A stretch of DNA of 64,000 nt from Eledone cirrhosa (Eukaryota), in NCBI GenBank assembly GCA_964016885.1, contig OZ024741.1:8184001-8248000 (forward strand), read 5' to 3'. Positions within the stretch are counted from its first letter, which is position 1. Each line of letters begins with the position of its first letter. The notes under the pieces are model-generated. The model had not been told where the DNA came from and did not search any database. It was given only the letters and a program-made list of their open reading frames with translations. Shown piece after piece: positions 54,001-64,000 of this stretch. The position numbers and the translations under genes were made by a program.

Positions 54001-57000
54001 GGCTGACATCCCTCGTCAGTACTCTCTATTTCTGACAGTGGGGTTAACAACCCTCGTCAGTACTCTCCATTCCTGACAGTGGGGTTATCATCCCCCTCCA
54101 GTACTCTCCATTTCTGACAGTGGGGCTAACAAGCCTCGCCAGTACTCTCCATTTCTGACAGTGAGTCTAACAACCCTCGCCAGTACTTTCCATTTCTAAC
54201 AGTGGGGCTAAGAACCACCGTCAGTACTCTCCATTTCTGACAGTGTGCTAACATCCCTCGCCAGTACTCTTCATTTATGACAGTGGGGTTAACAACCCTC
54301 GTCAGTACTCTCCATTTCTGACAGTGGTGTTAACAACCCTCGTCAGTACTCTCCATTTCTGACAGAGGGGCTAACACCCCTCGACAGTACTCTCCATTTC
54401 TGACAGTGGGGCTAACAAGCCTCGCCATTACACTCCCTTTTTGACAGTGGGTCTAACAACCTCCGCCAGTTCTCTCCATTTCTGACAGTGGGGCTAACAA
54501 CCCTCGCCAGTACTCTCCATTTCTGACAGTGGGTCTAACAACCCTCGCCAGTACTCTCCATTTCTAACCGTGGGGCTAACAACCACCGTCAGTACTCTCC
54601 ATTTCTGACAGTGGGCTAACATCCCTCGCCAGTACTCTCCATTTGTGACAGTGGGTTTAACAACCTTCGCCAGTACACTCCATTTCTGACAGTGGGGTTA
54701 TCATCCCCCACCAGTACTCTCCATTTCTGACAGTGGAGCTAACAACCTTCGCCAGTACTCTCCATTTCTGACAGCGGGGTTAACAACCCTCGTCAGAATT
54801 CTACATTTCTGACAGTGGGCAAACAATCCCGACCAATACTTTCCATTTCTGACTGAGTCTAACAACCCTCGTCAGTACTCTCCATTTCTGACAGGGGTGT
54901 TAACAACCCTCGTCAGTACTCTCCATTTCTAACAGTGGGGCTAAGACCCTCGACAGTACTCTCCATTTCTGACAGTGGGGCTAACAAGCCTCGCAGTACA
55001 CTCCATTTTTGACAGTGGGTTTAACAACCCCCGCCAATACTCTCCATTTCTGACAGTGGGGTTAACAACCCGCGTCAGTACTCTCCATTTCTGACAGTGG
55101 GGTTAACAACCCCGGTCATTACTCTCCATTTCTGACATTGGGGCTAACAACCCTCACCAGTACTCTCCATTTCTGACAGTGTGGCTAACAACCCCCGTCA
55201 GTACTCTCCATTTCTGACAGTGGGGCTAACAACCCTCGTCAGTACTCTCCATTTCTGACAGTGGGGTTAACAACCCTCGTCAGTACTCTCCATTTATGAC
55301 AGTGGGGTTAACAACCCTCGCCAGTCCTCTCCATTTCTAACAGTGGGGCTAACAACCCTCGTCAGTACTCTCCATTTCTGACAGTGGGGCTAACAACCCT
55401 CGTCAGTACTCTCCATTTATGACAGTGGGGTTAACAACCCTCGTCAGTACTCTCCATTTCTTACAGTGGGGTTAACAACCCCCGTCAGTACTCTCCATTT
55501 CTGACAGTGGAGTTAACATACCCCGCCAGTACTCTCCATTTCTGACAGTGTGGCTAACAACCCTAGCCAGTACTCTCCATTTATGACAGTGGACTTAACA
55601 TACCCCGCCAGTACTCTCCATTTCTGACAGTGGGGCTAACAGCCCTAGCCAGTACTCTCCATTTCTGACAGTGGGGTTAAAAACCCCCGTCAGTACTCTC
55701 CATTTCGGACAGTGGGGTTAATAACCCCCGTCAGTACTCTCCATTTCTGACAGTGGGGCTAACAAACATCGCCAGTACTCTCCATTTATGACAGTAGGGT
55801 TAACATCCCCCGCCAGTACTCTCCATTTCTGACAGTGGGTCTAAGAACTCTCGCCAGCACTCTCCATTTCTGACAGTGGGTCTAACAACCCCCGCCAGTA
55901 CTCTCCATTTCGTACAGTGGGGCTAACAACCACAATCAGTACTCTCCATTTCTGACAGTGGGCTGACATCCCTCGTCAGTACTCTCTATTTCTGACAGTG
56001 GGGTTAACAACCCTCGTCAGTACTCTCCATTCCTGACAGTGGGGTTATCATCCCCCTCCAGTACTCTCCATTTCTGACAGTGGGGCTAACAAGCCTCGCC
56101 AGTACTCTCCATTTCTGACAGTGAGTCTAACAACCCTCGCCAGTACTTTCCATTTCTAACAGTGGGGCTAAGAACCACCGTCAGTACTCTCCATTTCTGA
56201 CAGTGTGCTAACATCTCTCGCCAGTACTCTTCATTTATGACAGTGGGGTTAACAACCCTCGTCAGTACTCTCCATTTCTTTCAGTGGGGTTAACAACCAT
56301 CGCCAGTACTCTCCATTTCTAACAGTGGGGCTAACAACCCTCGCCAGTACTCTCTTTTTCTGACAGTGGGGTTAACAACCCTCGTCAGTACTCTCCATGT
56401 CCGAAAGTGGGTCTAACAACCCACGACAGTACTCTCCATTTCTGACAGGGGGGTTAACAACCCTCGCCAGTACTCTCCATTTCTGACAGTGGGGTTAACA
56501 ACCCACGTCAGTACTCTCCATTTCTGACAGTGGGGCTAACACCCCTTGCCAGTACTCTCCATTTCTAACAGTGGGGCTAACAACCAGCGTCAGTACTCTC
56601 CATTTCTGACAGTGGTGTTAACAACCCTCGTCAGTACTCTCCATTTCTGACAGTGGGGCTAACACCCCTCGACAGTACTCTCCATTTCTGACAGTGGTGT
56701 TAACAACCCTCGTCAGTACTCTCCATTTCTGACAGTGGTGTTAACAACACTCGTCAGTACTCTCCATTTCTGACAGTGGGGCTAACACCCCTCGACAGTA
56801 CTCTCCATTTCTGACAGTGGGGCTAAGAAGCCTCGCCAGTACACTCCCTTTTTGACAGTGGGTCTAACAACCTCCGACAGTTCTCTCCATTTCTGACAGC
56901 GGGGTAACAATCCCCGCCAATACTTTCCATTTCTGACTGGGTCTAACAACCCCCGTCAGTACTCACCATTTCTGATAGTGGGGCTAACAATCCTCGTCAG

Positions 57001-60000
57001 TACTCTCCATTTCTGACAGTGGGGTTAACAACCCTCGACAGTACTCTCCATTTCTGACAGTGGAGCTCAAAACCCTAGCCAGTACTCTCCATTTCTGACA
57101 GTGGGTTTAACAACCCCCGTCAGTACTCTCCATTTCTGACAGTGGGGTTAACAACCCCGGTCAGTACTCTCCATTTCTGACAGTGGGGCTAACAACCCTC
57201 GCCAGTACTCTCCATTTCTGACATTGGGGCTAACAACCCCCGTCAGTACTCTCCATTTCTGACAGTGGGTCTGACAACCCTCGTCAGTACTCTCCATTTC
57301 TGACAGTGGGGTTAACAACCCTCGTCAGTACTCTCCATTTATGACAGTGGGTTTAACAACCCTCGTCAGTACTCTCCATTTCTGACAGTGGGGTTAACAA
57401 CCCTCGCCAGTACTCTCCATTTCTTTCAGTCGGGTTAACAACCATCGCCAGTACTCTCCATTTTTGACATTGGGGCTCACAATCTTCGCCAGTACTCTCC
57501 ATTTCTAACAGTGGGGCTAACAACCCTCGCCAGTACTCTCCATTTCTAACAGTGGGCTAAGAACCACCGTCAGTACTCTCCATTTCTGACAGTGTGCTAA
57601 CATCCCTCGCCAGTACTCTCCATTTCTGACAGTGGGGTTAACAACCCTCGTCAGTACTCTCCATTTCTTTCAGTGGGGTTAACAACCATCGCCAGTACTC
57701 TCCATTTCTGACATTGGGGCTAACAACCCTCGCAGGTACTCTCCATTTCCAACAGTGGGGCTAACAACCCTCGCCAGTACTCTCCATTTCTGACAGTGGA
57801 GCTAACATCCCTCGCCAGTACTCTCCATTTCTGACAGTGGGTCTAACAACCCACGGCTGTACTCTCCACTTCTGACAGTGGGGTTAACAACCCTCGCCAG
57901 TACTCTCCATTTCTGACAGTGGGGCTAACACACCTCTCCAGTACTCTCCATTTCTGACAGTGGGGTTAACATCCCTCGCCAGTACTCTCCATTTCTAACA
58001 GTGGGGTTAACAACCATCGCCAGTACTCTCCATTTCTGACATGGGGCTAACAACCCTTGCCAGTACTCTCCATGTCTGAACGTGGGGCTAATAACCCTCG
58101 CCAGTACTCTCCATTTCTGACAGTGGAGCTAACATCCCTCGCCATTACTCTCCATTTCTGACAGTGGGTCTAACAACCCACGGCAGTACACTTCATTTCT
58201 GACAGTGGGTCTAACAACTCCCGCCAGTACTCTCCATTTCTAACAGTGGGGCTAACAACCACCGTCATTACTCTCCATTTCTGACAGTGGGCTAACATCC
58301 CTCGCCAGTACTCTCCATTTCTGACAGTGGGTTTAACAACCCCCGCCAGTTCTCTCCCTTTCTGACAGTGGGTCTAACAACCCTCGCCAGTACTCTCCAT
58401 TTCTGACACTGGGTTTAACAACCCCCGCCAGTACACTCCATTTCTGACAGTGGGTCTAACAAACCTCGCCAGTACTCTCCATTTTAACAGTGGGCTTAGA
58501 ACCACCGTCAGTACTCCCCATTTCTGACAGTGTGCTAACATCCCTCGCCAGTACTCTCCATTTCTGACAGTGGGCTAGCATCCCTCGCCAGTACTCTCCA
58601 TTTCTGACAGTGGGGTTAACAACCCTCGTCAGTACTCTTCATTCCTGACAGTGGGGTTATCATCCCCCGGCAGTACTCTCCATTTCTGACAGTGGGTCTA
58701 ACAACCCTCGTCAGTACTCTCCATTTCTGACAGGGGTGTTAACAACCCTCGTCAGTACTATACATTTCTGACAGTGGGGCTAACAACCTCGACAGTACTC
58801 TTCATTTCTGACAGTGGGGCTAACAAGCCTCGCCAGTACACTCCATTTTTGACAGTGGGTTTAACAACCCTCCCCAGTACTCTCCATTTCTGACAGTGGG
58901 GCTAACAACCCTCGCCAGTACTCTCCATTTATGACAGTGGGGCTAACAACCTTCGACAGTACTCTCCATTTCTGACAGTGGGGCTAACAACCGTCGCCAG
59001 TACTCTCCATTTCTGACAGTGGGGTTAACAACCTTCTCCAGTACTCTCCATTTCTGACAGTGGGGTTAACAACCCTCGCCAGTACTCTCCATTTCTGACA
59101 GTGGGGCTAACTCCCCTTGTCAGTACTCTCCATTTCTGAGAGTGGGGCTAAGAACCCCCGCCAGTACTCTCCATTTCTGACAGTGGGTCTAACAACCTCC
59201 GCCAATACTCTCCATTTCTGACAGTGGGGCTAACAACCCTCGTCAGTACTCTGCACTTCTTACAGTGGGGTTTACAACCCTCGACAGTACTCTCCATTTC
59301 TGACATGGGGCTAACAACCCCCGTCACTACTCTCCATTTCTGACAGTGGGGTTAACAACCCTAGCCAGTACTCTCCATTTCTGACAGTGCAGCTAACAAC
59401 CCCCGCCAGTACTCTCCATTTCTGACAGTGGTGCTAACAACCCCCGCCAGTACTCTCCATTTCTGACAGTGGTGCTAACAACCCCCGCCAGTACTCTCCA
59501 TTTCTGACTGTGGTGCTAACAAACCCCGCCAGTACTCTCCATTTCTGACAGTGGGTCTGACAAACCCCGCCAGTACTCTCCATTTCTGACAGTGGGTCTA
59601 ACAAGCCCCGCCAGTACTCTCCATTTATGACAGAGGGTCTAACAACCCCCGCCAGTACTCTCTATTTCTGACAGTGGGTCTAACAACCCCCGCCAGTACT
59701 CTCCATTTCTGGCAGTGTGTCTAACAAGACCCGCTAGTACTCTCCATTTCTGACAGTGTGTCTAACAAGAGCCGCCAGTACTCTCCATTTCTGAGAGTGG
59801 GGCTAACAAACCACGCCAGTACTCCCAATATTTCTGTCAGTGGGTCAAACAACCCCCGCCAGTACCCTCCATTTCTGACAGTGGGTCTAACAACCCCCGC
59901 CAGTACTCTCCATTTCTGACAGTGGTGTTAACAACCCCCGCCACTACTCTCTATTTATGACAGTGGTCTAACAACCCCCGCCAGTACTCTCCATTTCTGA

Positions 60001-63000
60001 CAGTGGGGCTAACAACCACCGTCAGTACTCTCCATTTCTGACAGTGGGCTAAAACCCTCGCCAGTACTCTCCATTTATGACAGTGGGGTTAACAACCCTC
60101 GTCAGTACTCTCCATTCCTGTCAGTGGGTTTCATCCCCCGCCAGTACTCTCCATTTCTGACAGTGGGGCTAACAAGCCTCGTCAGTACTCTCCATTTCTG
60201 ACAGTGGAGCTTACAACCTTCGCCAGTACTCTCCATTTCTGAACGCGGGGTTAACAACCCTCGTCAGAATTCTCCATTTCTGACAGTGGGGCTAACAACC
60301 CCCGCCAATACTTTCCATTTTTGACTGGGTCTAACAACCCTCGTCAGTACTCTCCATTTCTGACATTGGGGCTAACAACCCCCGTCAGTCACTCTCCATT
60401 TCTGACAGTGGGGCTAACAACCCCCGTCAGTACTCTCCATTTCTGACAGTGGGGCTAACAACCCTCGTCAGTACCCTCCATTTCTGACAGTGGGGCTAAC
60501 AACCCTCGCCTGTACTGTCCATTTCTGACAGTGGGTCTAACAACCCCCGCCAGTACTCTCCATTTCTGTCAGTGGGTCTAACAACCTCCGCCAGTACTCT
60601 CCATTTATGACAGTGGGTCTAACAACCCCCGGCAGTACTCTCCATTTCTGACAGTGGGTCTAACAACCCCCGCCAGTACTCTCCATTTCTAACAGTGGGG
60701 CTAACAACCACCGTCAGTACTCTCCATTTCTGACAGTGGGCTAACATCCCTCGCCAGTACCCTCCATTTCTGACAGTGGGGTTAACAACCCTCGTCAGTA
60801 CTCTCCATTCCTGACAGTGGGGTTATCATCCCCCGGCAGTACTCTCCATTTCTGACAGTGGGGCTAACAACCCTCGTCAGTACTCTCCATTTCTGACAGT
60901 GGTGTTAACAACCCTCGTCAGTACTCTCCATTTCTGACAGTGGGGCTAACACCCCTCGACAGTACTCTCCATTTCTGACAGTGGGGCTAACAACCCTCGT
61001 CAGTACTCTCCATTTCTGACAGCGGGGTTAACAACCCTCGTCAGAATTCTACATTTCTGACAGTGGGGCAAACAATCCCCGCCAATACTTTCCATTTCTG
61101 ACTGGGACTAACAACCCTCATCAGTACTCTCCATTTCTGACAGTGGGGCTAACAACCTCGACAGTACTCTCCATTTCTGACAGTGGGGCTAACAAGCCTC
61201 GCCAGTACACTCCATTTTTGACAGTGGGTTTAACAACCCTCGCCAGTACTCTCCATTTCTGACAGTGAGTCTAACAACCCTCGCCAGTACTCTCCATTTC
61301 TGACAGTGGGTCTAACAACCTCCGCCAGTAGTCTCCATTTCTGACAGTGGGACTAACAACCCTCGTCAGTACTCTGCACTTCTTACAGTGGGGTTTACAA
61401 TCCTCGACAGTACTCTCCATTTCTGACAGTGGAGTTAACAACCCCCGTCACTACTCTCCATTTCTGACAGTGGGGTTAACAACCCTAGCCAGTACTCTCC
61501 ATTTCTGACAGTGCGGCTAACAACCCCCGCCAGTACTCTCCATTTCTGACAGTGGTGCTAACAACCCCCGCCAGTACTCTCCATTTCTGACAGTGGTGCT
61601 AACAACGCTCGCCAGTACTCTCCATTTCTGACAGTGGGGCTAACAACCCCAGCCAGTACTCTCCATTTCTGACTGTAGTGCTAACAAACCCAGCCAGTAC
61701 TCTCCATTTCTGACAGTGGGTCTGACAAACCCCGCCAGTACTCTCCATTTCTGACAGTGGGTCTAACAAGCCCCGCCAGTACTCTCCATTTATGACAGAG
61801 GGTCTAACAAACCCCGCCAGTACTCTCTATTTCTGACAGTGGGTCTAACAACCCCCGCCAGTACTCTCCATTTCTGACAGTGTGTCTAACAAGACCCGCT
61901 AGTACTCTCCATTTCTGACAGTGTGTCTAACAAGAGCCGCCAGTACTCTCCATTTCTGAGAGTGGGGCTAACAAACCACGCCAGTACTCCCAATATTTCT
62001 GACAGTGGGTCAAACAACCCCCGCCAGTACCCTCCATTTCTGACAGTGGGTCTAACAACCCCCGCCAGTACTCTCCATTTCTGACAGTGGTGTTAACAAC
62101 CCCCGCCACTACTCTCTATTTCTGACAGTGGTCTAACAACCCCCGCCAGTACTCTCCATTTCTGACAGTGGGGCTAACAACCACCGTCAGTACTCTCCAT
62201 TTCTGACAGTGGGCTAAAACCCTCGCCAGTACTCTCCATTTATGACAGTGGGGTTAACAACCCTCGTCAGTACTCTCCATTCCTGTCAGTGGGTTTCATC
62301 CCCCGCCAGTACTCTCCATTTCTGACAGTGGGGCTAACAAGCCTCGTCAGTACTCTCCATTTCTGACAGTGGAGCTTACAACCTTCGCCAGTACTCTCCA
62401 TTTCTGAACGCGGGGTTAACAACCCTCGTCAGAATTCTCCATTTCTGACAGTGGGGCTAACAACCCCCGCCAATACTTTCCATTTCTGACTGGGTCTAAC
62501 AACCCTCGTCAGTACTCTCCATTTCTGACATTGGGGCTAACAACCCCCGTCAGTCACTCTCCATTTCTGACAGAGGGGCTAACAACCCCCGTCAGTACTC
62601 TCCATTTCTGACAGTGGGGCTAACAACCCTCGTCAGTACCCTCCATTTCTGACAGTGGGGCTAACAACCCTCGCCTGTACTGTCCATTTCTGACAGTGGG
62701 TCTAACAACCCCCGCCAGTACTCTCCATTTCTGTCTGTGGGTCTAACAACCTCCGCCAGTACTCTCCATTTATGACAGTGGGTCTAACAACCCCCGGCAG
62801 TACTCTCCATTTCTGACAGTGGGTCTAACAACCCCCGCCAGTACTCTCCATTTCTAACAGTGGGGCTAACAACCACCGTCAGTACTCTCCATTTCTGACA
62901 GTGGGCTAACATCCCTCGCCAGTACTCTCCATTTCTGACAGTGGGGTTAATAACCCTCGTCAGTACTCTCCATTCCTGACAGTGGGGTTATCATCCCCCG

Positions 63001-64000
63001 GCAGTACTCTCCATTTCTGACAGTGGGGCTAACAACCCTCGTCAGTACTCTCCATTTCTGACAGTGGTGTTAACAACCCTCGTCAGTACTCTCCATTTCT
63101 GACAGTGGGGCTAACACCCCTCGACAGTACTCTCCATTACTGACAGTGGGGCTAACAACCCTCGTCAGTACTCTCCATTTCTGACAGCGGGGTTAACAAC
63201 CCTCGTCAGAATTCTACATTTCTGACAGTGGGGCAAACAATCCCCGCCAATACTTTCCATTTCTGACTGGGACTAACAACCCTCATCAGTACTCTCCATT
63301 TCTGACAGGGATGTTAACAACGCTCGTCAGTACTCTCCATTTCTGACAGTGGGGCTAACAACCTCGACAGTACTCTCCATTTCTGACAGTGGGGCTAACA
63401 AGCCTCGCCAGTACACTCCATTTTTGACAGTGGGTTTAACAACCCTCGCCAGTACTCTCCATTTTTGACAGTGAGTCTAACAACCCTCGCCAGTACTCTC
63501 CATCTATGACAGTGGGGCTAACAACCTTCGACAGTACTCTCCATTTCTGACAGTGGGGCTAACAACCGTCGCCAGTACTCACCATTTCTGACAGTGGGAT
63601 TAACAACCTTCTCCAGTACTCTCCATTTCTGAAAGTGGGGTTAACAACCCTCGCCAGTACTCTCCATTTCTGATAGTGGGCTAACTCCCCTTGTCAGTAC
63701 TCTCCATTTCTGAGAGTGGGGCTAACAACCCTCGCCAGTACTCTCCATTTCTGACAGTGGGTCTAAGAACCCCCGCCAGTACTCTCCATTTCTGACAGTG
63801 GGTCTAACAACCTCCGCCAGTACTCTCCATTTCTGACAGTGGGGTTTACAACCCTCGACAGTACTCTCCATTTCTGACAGTGGAGTTAAGAACCCTCGCC
63901 AGTACTCTCCATTTCTGACAGTGGGGCTAACAACCCTCGCCAGTATTCTCCATTTCAGACAGTGGGGCTAACAACCCCCGGCAGTACTCTCCAAGCTGAC
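42019..64000. repeat. 41-bp satellite (CAGTACTCTCCATTTCTGACAGTGGGGYTAACAACCCYCGY), about 535 copies, extends to the window end
   Basis: Period 41 (e.g. 42841 to 42882), with occasional 39-42 bp units. Confidence 0.99.

Noticed and set aside
42019-64000. CRISPR array (constant repeat plus variable spacer appearance)
   Set aside because: Variable segments are point variants of a single consensus, are only about 18 nt and recur in blocks. The context is eukaryotic with no cas genes.

Overview
Eukaryotic, repeat-saturated window with no confidently identifiable host gene. The tRNA-derived SINE family and the dense (TA)n/(CA)n/(TATG)n microsatellites resemble Octopus/cephalopod DNA (inference). 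About half the window is four tandem arrays: 22 bp (4.75-9.05 kb, ending in an assembly gap), 44 bp (19.06-24.0 kb), 24 bp (24.0-25.7 kb) and 41 bp (42.0 kb to the end, with 2-3 kb higher-order duplications). The rest is decayed retroelements: RTE-type and CR1-type LINE fragments, an R4/Dong-like LINE sitting inside a (TATG)n tract, SINEs and many Penelope-like element (PLE) pieces. The most notable signal is over a dozen hammerhead-ribozyme (HHR) motifs, intact to degenerate, from several unrelated families. They include variant cores (U3-A8; CCGATGA with a 94-nt stem II), most lie in head-to-head inverted repeats next to (TA)n tracts, and one belongs to a 377-nt tandem, circularly permuted mini-element that keeps a PLE N-terminal ORF. 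Nearly all ORFs in the supplied track are microsatellite or satellite artefacts. All folds and family calls were made by eye and need computational confirmation.
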